From positions 1-29,251 of the IMG/VR virus record IMGVR_UViG_3300025637_000046: a DNA stretch of 29,251 nucleotides; one strand, 5' to 3'. Below the pieces are notes generated by a model that did no database searches, had not been told where the DNA came from, and was given only the letters and a program-made list of their open reading frames with translations. This stretch comes from a virus (lineage: Duplodnaviria > Caudoviricetes). Shown piece after piece: positions 18,201 to 25,781 of this stretch; position 1 is the stretch's first letter, and every line of letters begins with the position of its first letter. The position numbers and the translations under genes are program-made.

Positions 18201-20072
18201 ATGATAGATTTAATAAGTTTAAGTGGGTATGAAATGCCTAAAGCTGTAGAAGAGAAGCATAAAGACTATGTCTCTTACGGTGATGACAATGATTATTATA
18301 GATTTCTTATAAACAACTATTTACAGTCAGCTACTAATAATGCATCTATTCGCTCTATATCAGATTTAATCTACGGTAGAGGTTTAAGCATTGAAGGCTT
18401 AGAAGCTGATTCTGCAGAGGTTAAAGCTTTAAGAGATGTAATAGGGCACAGGTGTCTTAAGAAGATTATACAGGAGCGTAAAATGCTAGGACAGGCTTCT
18501 ATGCAAGTTATATATAATAAGTCAGGTAACGACAGAAAAGTCGTTAAGATTAAACACTTTCCTATACATACTATTCGACCTGAGAAAATGAATGCTGACG
18601 GAGTAATAGAAAACTACTACTACCATCCAGATTGGGTAAACAAATCACCTAAAGATGTTCTTAAAAAGATTCCTTCTTTCGGAACTTCTAAAGAGAAGAT
18701 AGAGCTATTTGTTTTAAAACCTTATGTAAGTGGATACTCTTATTTTAGTCCTGTAGACTATAGTGGAGCTTTACCTTATGCTGAGCTTGAAAATGAAATT
18801 AGTGACTACTTATTAAATGAGGCAAAGAACTCATTCTCAGGTACTAAGGTTATAAACTTTAATAACGGAGTCCCTGACGCTAATCAAAGACAAGAGATTA
18901 CTAGAGATGTGAAAGGAAAGTTAACAGGCTCAAGAGGTCAGAAAGTTATAGTAGCTTTTAATGATTCTGCAGATAATAAAGCAACAGTTGAAGATATTTC
19001 TTTAAATGATGCACCTTCTCATTATGAGTATTTAGCTAATGAAGCAATGCATAAAATTTTAGTAGGACACAGAGTAACGTCTCCTATGTTATTAGGGATT
19101 AAAGATGCATCTGGATTTAGTTCAAACGCTGACGAGATTTTAGTAGCTTCTCAGATGTTTAACGCTACAGTTATTAGCACTTACCAAGATGAGATAATAG
19201 AAGGCTTAGAAGAGATTTTAGAGACTAACGGAGAGGTTTCAGAAATGTTCTTTATTACTAGCCAACCTATTGAAGTAACTACAGAAGACCAAGATGTAGA
19301 AGATGCAGAGGTAGTAGAAGACAATGAGGCAGTAAACAAAACTAAAGACGTATCTAAAGAAGATAAAAAAGACAATAAAAAAGAGCAGAATTTATCTGCA
19401 AATTTTAATCCAGAGGAGCAAGTAGAATGGCTAACATACCTCTCTAAAAAAGGAGAAACCATAAACGAAGACGAATGGGATTTAGTAGATGCTAGAGTAG
19501 ATGACAATGAAGAGGAGAGCGAAGATTGGGAAAAGATTTTAAACTCTCACGAAGTTAATTTATCTTCTCAAGCTCCTGCAGATAATAGGACTAAAGATTC
19601 TATACAGGATACTAATTTTGTAAAGGTAAGATACGCTTATGTTCAAGGCTCTCACAAACACGGTAAGAGTTCAGGGGGAAAGCAAAGGGGATTCTGTAGA
19701 GCTATGGAGTCAGCTAGTAGATTATACCGTAAAGAAGACATTATAAAGATGCAGTCTGACGGTGTTAATTCTGCCTTAGGTCATAATAAACAACCCTATA
19801 GCATTTGGAAGCACAAAGGCGGTGTTAATTGTTATCACAAATTCGAAAGACGTATCTATGTTAAGCGTAAAAAGGTTAACGGTGAAGCTTGGGGTGGTGG
19901 TGCTATGAATGGAGTTAAAAAGACTTCTGTAGCTCAAGCAATTAAAGAAACTAATTTCGACCCTAAGAGAGGTAAATGGAAAAACGACAAAAGAGTAGCA
20001 GAAGCTCAAATAGATAGAGGAGACAAAGGTCACCATCCTTCTTATGTAAAACCAACTAAAAAAAGAAAGTAA
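18201..20072 (+). CDS. Portal protein with a C-terminal extension
   Basis: YGDDNDYY, IYGRGL, INFNNGVP, ILVGHRVTSPMLLGI portal motifs; acidic linker, then a basic Cys/His domain. Confidence 0.8.
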   Translation: MIDLISLSGYEMPKAVEEKHKDYVSYGDDNDYYRFLINNYLQSATNNASIRSISDLIYGRGLSIEGLEADSAEVKALRDVIGHRCLKKIIQERKMLGQASMQVIYNKSGNDRKVVKIKHFPIHTIRPEKMNADGVIENYYYHPDWVNKSPKDVLKKIPSFGTSKEKIELFVLKPYVSGYSYFSPVDYSGALPYAELENEISDYLLNEAKNSFSGTKVINFNNGVPDANQRQEITRDVKGKLTGSRGQKVIVAFNDSADNKATVEDISLNDAPSHYEYLANEAMHKILVGHRVTSPMLLGIKDASGFSSNADEILVASQMFNATVISTYQDEIIEGLEEILETNGEVSEMFFITSQPIEVTTEDQDVEDAEVVEDNEAVNKTKDVSKEDKKDNKKEQNLSANFNPEEQVEWLTYLSKKGETINEDEWDLVDARVDDNEEESEDWEKILNSHEVNLSSQAPADNRTKDSIQDTNFVKVRYAYVQGSHKHGKSSGGKQRGFCRAMESASRLYRKEDIIKMQSDGVNSALGHNKQPYSIWKHKGGVNCYHKFERRIYVKRKKVNGEAWGGGAMNGVKKTSVAQAIKETNFDPKRGKWKNDKRVAEAQIDRGDKGHHPSYVKPTKKRK

Positions 20073-20073
20073 A

Positions 20074-20574
20074 ATGAGTAAAGCATTATTAATTAATAGA
20101 GAGGACTTAGTAAGATTCACTCCTCTCTCAGGGAATATAGATTTTGACAAAGTAATACAATACGTTGAAATCGCTCAAGATATACACGTACACGAATTAA
20201 TCGGTACTAATTTATACGAGAGATTGCAGTCAGACATCATAGGAGGCACTTTAAGCGGTGATTACGCTTCTTTGGTATCTACATATATAAAACCTATTTT
20301 AGCTCAATACAGCCTCTTAGAATACTTACCTTTTAGTCAATATACTATTAACAACAAAGGAGTGTTTAAACATACCTCTGAAAATAGTAATACACTTACT
20401 AGAGAAGATATGGAACAAATGACAGAAGCTACTAGGGATACTGCTCAGCACTATGCTAAGAGACTTATAGACTATCTTTGTGCTAATCCTACTAAATTTA
20501 GTGAATACTTAACAAATAATAATGACGATATAAAGCCAATTAAGAAAAGTACTTTCGGAGGTTGGGAGATATAA
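20074..20574 (+). CDS. Putative head-tail adaptor
   Basis: 166 aa helical protein after the portal gene; IAQDIH..LIGT.LY, YIKPIL motifs. Confidence 0.55.
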   Translation: MSKALLINREDLVRFTPLSGNIDFDKVIQYVEIAQDIHVHELIGTNLYERLQSDIIGGTLSGDYASLVSTYIKPILAQYSLLEYLPFSQYTINNKGVFKHTSENSNTLTREDMEQMTEATRDTAQHYAKRLIDYLCANPTKFSEYLTNNNDDIKPIKKSTFGGWEI

Positions 20575-20575
20575 T

Positions 20576-20704
20576 ATGGAAGACAAGATTAATTTACTAA
20601 TTGAAACTATTAAAGAACAAAACCTACAGATAGATTTTCAGAATAGGCAATTAGATATGATGCAAAAAGAAATAAACTCTATTAAGTATATAATAAATAA
20701 ATAA
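20576..20704 (+). CDS. Small coiled-coil protein (42 aa), not in the ORF track
   Basis: MEDKINLLIETIKEQNLQIDFQNRQLDMMQKEINSIKYIINK; starts 1 nt after the upstream stop. Confidence 0.6.
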   Translation: MEDKINLLIETIKEQNLQIDFQNRQLDMMQKEINSIKYIINK

Positions 20705-20719
20705 TTGTTTTTAAAAAAA
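20704..20719 (+). promoter_or_regulatory. Putative late promoter motif, copy 7 (variant)
   Basis: ATTGTTTTTAAAAAAA (14/16 match), upstream of the lysis cassette. Confidence 0.5.
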
Positions 20720-20736
20720 CTAATAATGCACTAAAA

Positions 20737-21435
20737 ATGAACTTGCTAGACTTATTGAACAACCTATTCTATAAATTAGAAAACCAATATTTAATCTCTA
20801 CCACTATTGTATCTTCTTTAATTATTTTTACATTAAGAAAACAAATACAAAATAAATTCAAAAAATTTACTTTTAGAGAAGACACGAAGCAAATTACAAA
20901 GATATCAGCTCTTATAGACCACGATATATTTAGAACGTTTTCTAGAGTAGTTAAAGAGGTGTCTAATATGAAATTTTACACGAATAACAAATACGATTCT
21001 ACAAAGTCCAGAATGTGTTTAGATTTCGCAAAACAAAAGTCTATAAGTTGTCAGTTTTTAATGAGAGAAATACTATTAACTAAAGACATATCTAGTATGT
21101 CAACAGATACGTTAAAGAAGTTAATACTAGAGAAGCAATCACAGATGCATATAAATTATGTGAGAGAGATTAAGTCTCTATGGCTTAGTAAAGGAATATC
21201 CCCTAAAAATGTAGACCACGTTATAAGACTTTTTGAAGGCTTTAGATTTGATGTAGTTCAGTCTTTTGAGCATAGGATATCTGCTATATTTGGTAGTAGT
21301 TTTCACCCTAATAACTTTGAGAGAGTTTTAGCTGTTTTTGATATGTGGGCAATGGGAATAGATTTACTTCCTAAAGATATGAATACGACTTTTGAGAAAC
21401 TTAACGGTAAATTTAAAGACATAAAGTATAATTAA
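20737..21435 (+). CDS. Membrane-anchored protein in the lysis cassette
   Basis: One N-terminal hydrophobic segment (YLISTTIVSSLIIFTL) followed by basic residues and a ~195 aa soluble domain; directly precedes the endolysin gene. Confidence 0.5.
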   Translation: MNLLDLLNNLFYKLENQYLISTTIVSSLIIFTLRKQIQNKFKKFTFREDTKQITKISALIDHDIFRTFSRVVKEVSNMKFYTNNKYDSTKSRMCLDFAKQKSISCQFLMREILLTKDISSMSTDTLKKLILEKQSQMHINYVREIKSLWLSKGISPKNVDHVIRLFEGFRFDVVQSFEHRISAIFGSSFHPNNFERVLAVFDMWAMGIDLLPKDMNTTFEKLNGKFKDIKYN

Positions 21436-21436
21436 T

Positions 21437-21862
21437 ATGAGAGATATAAATAAAATAATAGTTCATTGCACAGCTACTAGAGAAGGTGCTCCTGTTAGTT
21501 TAGATACTGTCAGAAGATGGCACTTAGAAAGAGGTTGGTCAGATATTGGATATCATTATTTAATCTTATTAGACGGTACAATAGAAAGAGGACGTCCAGA
21601 AGAGAAACAAGGTGCTCACGTAAAAGGATATAATAGAAATTCTATAGGGGTTTCTTATGTTGGTGGAGTAGATAGAGAATTAAATCCTAAAGATACTAGG
21701 ACACAAGACCAAAAAGACTCATTACATAACTTACTTTCCAATTTAATGGCTTCTTATGAAGACGCTACATTGCACGGACACAATGAATTTAGTTCAAAAG
21801 CCTGTCCTTCTTTTGATGTTTCTAAAGAATACGATTATATTATAAACTTATACGAACGATAA
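21437..21862 (+). CDS. Endolysin, N-acetylmuramoyl-L-alanine amidase (Amidase_2, T7 lysozyme-like)
   Basis: IIVHCTAT, GWSDIGYHY, GAHVKGYN, GHNE..KACPSF zinc-amidase motifs. Confidence 0.93.
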   Translation: MRDINKIIVHCTATREGAPVSLDTVRRWHLERGWSDIGYHYLILLDGTIERGRPEEKQGAHVKGYNRNSIGVSYVGGVDRELNPKDTRTQDQKDSLHNLLSNLMASYEDATLHGHNEFSSKACPSFDVSKEYDYIINLYER

Positions 21863-22305
21863 TGAATATATTCAGCATAATAGGAAACTTATTAGGCATA
21901 GGTAAAGACTACTTAGCACGTAAAGCAGAATTAAAAGCAGTAAAACAGAAGCAAGATTTTGCTATTGTAGAAGCTCAGACTAAAGCTACTGTAGATAGGA
22001 TTCTGTCTAACACGGATTCCGACAATCAAATAGACTTAATCACTAATAGACAAAAATCTAAGACGTGGAAAGACGAGGTTATTACATACCTTTTTTTAGT
22101 ACCTGTAGTTATTGCTACAGTAACACCTTTTATAATTGCTTATAATACTTCTCAATATACAAATCTTTCAGAAGACATAAGAATATCTTACGAAAACCTA
22201 GATAAGTTACCTAATTGGTATAAGTATGTCTTAGGAGCTATTGTTATAGATGTCTTAGGCTTCAGGAGCTTTGCTAGAAAGGTAGTGGACAAATATATTA
22301 AGTAA
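21862..22305 (+). CDS. Putative holin (GTA 3TM-holin-like)
   Basis: Amphipathic N-terminus, TWKDE motif before a TM segment, LPNWY..LG..LGFR second TM; overlaps the endolysin stop. Confidence 0.6.
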   Translation: MNIFSIIGNLLGIGKDYLARKAELKAVKQKQDFAIVEAQTKATVDRILSNTDSDNQIDLITNRQKSKTWKDEVITYLFLVPVVIATVTPFIIAYNTSQYTNLSEDIRISYENLDKLPNWYKYVLGAIVIDVLGFRSFARKVVDKYIK

Positions 22306-22324
22306 TGCCTTAAAACGCTTTAAA

Positions 22325-22340
22325 ACTGTTTTTAAATAAA
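22325..22340 (+). promoter_or_regulatory. Putative late promoter motif, copy 8
   Basis: Exact motif, followed by a hairpin rather than by an ATG. Confidence 0.7.
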
Positions 22341-22344
22341 TACT

Positions 22345-22402
22345 AACAGGGAAAAGTATCGATAGATTTTGTAGGGTTTTGACATTGGTACTCCTGTTTT
22401 TT
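22345..22402 (+). ncRNA. Candidate small structured RNA or attenuator hairpin
   Basis: AACAGG/CCTGTT and AGTATCGAT/ATTGGTACT stems with G-U pairs, ending in a T6 run. Confidence 0.45.
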
Positions 22403-22412
22403 ACCTTATGTT

Positions 22413-22817
22413 ATGGCAGTTAAAAAGAAGACGCAAAAATATTGGAAAACTAAAATAGATAAAGTCTTTCACGAATACGTACGTAGAAGAGACGCAGATA
22501 ACGACTCAGGTTACTGCAAATGTATATCCTGCAACAAACCAATACACTTTACAGAATCGGATAGCGGACACTTTATTTCTAGAGCTAAGATGGCTACTAG
22601 ATATGATGAGCAGAATGTACACGCTCAATGTAGAAAGTGTAATAGGTTCGAATATGGTAGACAATTTGAATACTCTCTTAAAATAGGAACTGAATTAGCA
22701 GAAGAGCTACTTATAAAATCTAGACAAATCTACAAAATGTCAGACGCTGAATGGTTGGAAGTATTCGAAGAGTTTAGAGATAAACTAAAGGCAATAAAAG
22801 ATATACAAAACTTTTAG
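22413..22817 (+). CDS. ninG: NinG/Rap-family recombination endonuclease
   Basis: DKVFHEYVRRRD, CISC, DSGHFISR, RYDEQNVHAQCRKCNRF. Confidence 0.85.
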   Translation: MAVKKKTQKYWKTKIDKVFHEYVRRRDADNDSGYCKCISCNKPIHFTESDSGHFISRAKMATRYDEQNVHAQCRKCNRFEYGRQFEYSLKIGTELAEELLIKSRQIYKMSDAEWLEVFEEFRDKLKAIKDIQNF

Positions 22818-22821
22818 TAAA

Positions 22822-23050
22822 TGAGACAAAGAGAAAAAAGTATCTGTCTCAAAAATCAACGTAACTCACTGAAAACCAATACTCTGCAAAAACAAAAAAA
22901 CTACTCTTAAAGAAGCCTTTTTTTTGGTTACTTTTCTTACTAAAAACTTCTACTACAAACTACTTTATCTACAGATAATTCTACCTATGTAGAAGAGTCT
23001 TTAGTAGATTTTGACTTCTGTAGATTCCGACTTCTGTAGATTTTGCTTTT
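22822..23050. repeat. Repeat-rich non-coding region (putative origin or operator region)
   Basis: Three tandem ~16-bp units GTAGATTYYGACTTCT at 23004-23050, inverted TCTAC copies upstream, and TGAGACA/TGTCTCA inverted repeat. Confidence 0.65.
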
Positions 23051-23078
23051 ATTTAATTATGAATTTTATTTACTTTTA

Positions 23079-23110
23079 CTTGGTAGTCTCGTTTATTTTT
23101 TGTAGGTTTG
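23079..23110 (+). promoter_or_regulatory. Bacteroidota housekeeping-sigma promoter
   Basis: CTTG-N20-TAGGTTTG matches the -33/-7 consensus. Confidence 0.8.
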
Positions 23111-23147
23111 CTTAATAATTAACTATTACATAAAAAACTACTTTAAT

Positions 23148-23603
23148 ATGATAAGTAAAAAATATACTACATCTTGGTCTTATGAAGACCTTAAATCTCT
23201 AACTAACTTATTAAATCACAAATCTGTATTTGATGGGTATAGTTATGTTTGGAAAGCTAAAATAAAAGGTAAGTGGATTAATCAATCAGTAAAGCTTTTT
23301 GATACAGAGAAAGAGTATAAATCTGTTTTAATATTTACAATGTACAGGTGGAGTAAGGAATTGCAAGACAGAGATAATAAAATATTTAAAGATACACAGT
23401 TAAAAGAATTAAAGACTAAGAAGGAATTAGATAAGAAATATAAAACAATAGTAAAAATATCTAGTAAAAACTTAAAACCATTAAAAAAAATAGAGTTAAT
23501 ACTAGAGGTAGCAAATGATGTACCTAACGAAATGATATATAAAGCAATAGGAATTTCTAAAGCTACATTTTACAGACATCTTAATTATATAAATAAACAC
23601 TAA
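23148..23603 (+). CDS. Basic protein with a C-terminal helix-turn-helix
   Basis: PNEMIYKAIGISKATFYRHL resembles a resolvase/Fis-type HTH. Confidence 0.65.
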   Translation: MISKKYTTSWSYEDLKSLTNLLNHKSVFDGYSYVWKAKIKGKWINQSVKLFDTEKEYKSVLIFTMYRWSKELQDRDNKIFKDTQLKELKTKKELDKKYKTIVKISSKNLKPLKKIELILEVANDVPNEMIYKAIGISKATFYRHLNYINKH

Positions 23604-23614
23604 AAACCTAAATA

Positions 23615-23908
23615 ATGACTAAAGAACAAATAGAATACAACTTAAAGAGATTAGAAATTATTAAAAAAGAAGCTAATCTTAAAAAACAAAAAGCTAAAGA
23701 TATTCAACTTGACAATAAGATACTAAAAGAAAGAGCTAAGACAAATACTAAACGAATCATATCTAAACGTAATGTTATTAAAGGCTTAATATTAAAAACT
23801 AATAATAAATGGGAAGTATCTTTTCTCACCAGTATAGTGTATAGGGAAAATTTATCTATTAAACAACAAAATATTTTAAAACAAATAGCTAAAAAACTTG
23901 CACAGTAA
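23615..23908 (+). CDS. Hypothetical basic protein
   Basis: 97 aa; WEVSFLTSI...LSIKQQNILKQI helical motif. Confidence 0.6.
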   Translation: MTKEQIEYNLKRLEIIKKEANLKKQKAKDIQLDNKILKERAKTNTKRIISKRNVIKGLILKTNNKWEVSFLTSIVYRENLSIKQQNILKQIAKKLAQ

Positions 23909-23928
23909 CTAAATTTTACATATATTTG
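23897..23928 (+). promoter_or_regulatory. Bacteroidota housekeeping-sigma promoter
   Basis: CTTG-N20-TATATTTG. Confidence 0.75.
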
Positions 23929-23932
23929 ACTT

Positions 23933-24190
23933 ATGATAGAAACAACAAAACTAACTACAGACCAATTACTAGAAAGAGCTTCTAATAAATTAGAGGCTAA
24001 GTTATTCTTTGCTTATAAAGAACTACAAGAAATAGAGCTAGAAATAGAAGGAGTAATACCATCTAAGATGTCAAACGATATTTTAAGAAGAAATTATCAG
24101 GCGCAATCTAATGAGGTTCAGACACTTACGTATTTATTTGACATAATAGAAAAAAAAATAGATAATAAAGCTTGTGTATTAAATAAATAG
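23933..24190 (+). CDS. Hypothetical protein
   Basis: 85 aa helical ORF; ATG only 4 nt after the -7 box. Confidence 0.55.
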   Translation: MIETTKLTTDQLLERASNKLEAKLFFAYKELQEIELEIEGVIPSKMSNDILRRNYQAQSNEVQTLTYLFDIIEKKIDNKACVLNK

Positions 24191-24202
24191 TATTTACCTT
24201 TG
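24171..24202 (+). promoter_or_regulatory. Bacteroidota housekeeping-sigma promoter
   Basis: CTTG-N20-TACCTTTG. Confidence 0.8.
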
Positions 24203-24227
24203 TAGAATAATAATTAAACCCAATAGA

Positions 24228-24764
24228 ATGAATTTAAGAGAAACACTAAGTAACATCCAGACTGAGCTAAAAGCTAAGAAAGGTCAGACAAACGCTTTCG
24301 GAAAGTATAGCTACAGGTCTGCAGAAGACGTTTTAGAAGCTCTAAAGCCTTTAAATCAAAAGTATAATACTTATGTAGTGATTACAGAAAGCTTATTAGC
24401 TGACGGTGTACTACAGAGTGAAGCTACTATATCTAATATAGAAGGCGAGTCTATATCTGCTAACGCAATTGTAGGTATTGATATGAATCAAAAAGGAATG
24501 TCTTTACCTCAGAAATATGGTTCTGCATCTTCTTATGGTAAAAAGTACGCTTTAGGTAATTTATTTGCTATTGACAATACAGCAGACGCTGACGCTTTAA
24601 ATAAGCACGGTAAAGAAGCTCCTAAGAAAGAATCTTTAACAGAAAGCTCTAGTAGTTATGTAAAAGTAGTAACTGCCTTAAAAGCAGGTTCTGCTACAGT
24701 AGCTCAAGTACAAAGTAAATTTAACGTATCACCAGAATTATTAACTAAATTAAAATCAATATAA
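24228..24764 (+). CDS. ERF-family single-strand annealing protein
   Basis: IQTELKAKK.Q.NAFGKYSYRSAEDVLEALKPL, Q..GSASSYGKKYALGNLFAID..DAD. Confidence 0.88.
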   Translation: MNLRETLSNIQTELKAKKGQTNAFGKYSYRSAEDVLEALKPLNQKYNTYVVITESLLADGVLQSEATISNIEGESISANAIVGIDMNQKGMSLPQKYGSASSYGKKYALGNLFAIDNTADADALNKHGKEAPKKESLTESSSSYVKVVTALKAGSATVAQVQSKFNVSPELLTKLKSI

Positions 24765-25087
24765 TGAAAAAATTAGCAGTAATATTAATAGCATTTGTAG
24801 CGGTAATAATTGCAAGTTCTAACAGTAGTGACGATAAAGGACAAAATAGTCATTCTGAGATACAATATACATTAAAAAACTCAGTAAAAGATTACGTTAA
24901 GCATCCAGATACATTATCTTTTAAGGAATATGATTTCGTTGCTTTGTCAGGAAGCGTAGCGACTGCATCATATACGTTTACATCTAAAAACTCATTTGGT
25001 GTATCTGTTTATAATACAGCTTATGTTACAGTAGTACTTAATGATGACTTAAGTGTAAAAGAATATATAGGATTTAACATTAAATAA
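24764..25087 (+). CDS. Exported or membrane-anchored hypothetical protein
   Basis: MKK plus hydrophobic N-terminus; VKHPDT..F...SKNSFG motif. Confidence 0.6.
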   Translation: MKKLAVILIAFVAVIIASSNSSDDKGQNSHSEIQYTLKNSVKDYVKHPDTLSFKEYDFVALSGSVATASYTFTSKNSFGVSVYNTAYVTVVLNDDLSVKEYIGFNIK

Positions 25088-25096
25088 ATAGAAATT

Positions 25097-25327
25097 ATGA
25101 AAAAAGTAATATTAGGATTAGTAATGATAGTAGGAATATTTACAAGCTGTCAAAAAGAGGAATTAGTTATAGACTGTGGATGTGTAGAGACTACATATAA
25201 TAATCAATTCGAGGAGTCTGAAGGTGTATTTGTATCTAAAGAAATATCTAAGATAGATATAGAATGTCAAGAAGAGTCTCTTAATCAAACATATGAATTA
25301 ACAATAGCAGTAGATTGTAAATATTAA
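25097..25327 (+). CDS. Small lipoprotein
   Basis: MKKVILGLVMIVGIFTS-C18-QKEE: signal peptide II with lipobox. Confidence 0.75.
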   Translation: MKKVILGLVMIVGIFTSCQKEELVIDCGCVETTYNNQFEESEGVFVSKEISKIDIECQEESLNQTYELTIAVDCKY

Positions 25328-25345
25328 AAAAAAAGTTAAATTAAA

Positions 25346-25377
25346 TTAGGTAAATCCAAATAAATGCTTTACCTTTA
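25346..25377 (+). promoter_or_regulatory. Bacteroidota housekeeping-sigma promoter (variant)
   Basis: TTAG-N20-TACCTTTA, followed by a small hairpin GAAGC-AATGGA-GCTTC at 25384-25399. Confidence 0.6.
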
Positions 25378-25419
25378 CATAACGAAGCAATGGAGCTTCA
25401 CTAAAAACCCGATTAAATT

Positions 25420-25716
25420 ATGTCAGCAATTATCAGTTTAGGAATTAACAGAGAGAAATTAGTATTTAACGACAAGGGATGGGCTAATGTCACTATCTTT
25501 TTAGATGACAATACAAACCCTTACGGACAGAATGCTTCTGCTATTATGGAGCAATCTAAAGAGCAGAGAGAAGCTAAAGAGCCAAGAACCTACTTAGGTA
25601 ATGGTAAAGTAGTTTGGACAGATGGAAACATTAAAACTGCAGACAAAGTAGAAAGAGAGACTGCAGGGTCTGAGCAATCTACAGCAGGTAGAGCTACTCC
25701 TGACTTACCTTTTTAA
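25420..25716 (+). CDS. Putative single-stranded DNA-binding protein
   Basis: 98 aa; YGQN..QSKEQRE..YLGNGKVVW core and SSB-like C-terminal DLPF tail; sits between ERF and helicase. Confidence 0.65.
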   Translation: MSAIISLGINREKLVFNDKGWANVTIFLDDNTNPYGQNASAIMEQSKEQREAKEPRTYLGNGKVVWTDGNIKTADKVERETAGSEQSTAGRATPDLPF

Positions 25717-25734
25717 GGAGTATAATTAAACTAT

Positions 25735-25759
25735 AGGGAGTGTAAAAGCTCCCTTTTTT
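25735..25759 (+). terminator. Rho-independent terminator
   Basis: AGGGAGT-GTAAAA-GCTCCC followed by T6. Confidence 0.8.
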
Positions 25760-25781
25760 ATTCACTAAAAACAAATAAATA

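Noticed and set aside
22861-22887. GTAACTCACTGAAAACCAATAC as a dif/att-like site
   Set aside because: The dyad is too degenerate, and there is no integrase or recombinase in the window to support it
23004-23050. Tandem repeats as a mini-CRISPR array
   Set aside because: The units are 16 bp and abut with no spacers; there are no cas genes
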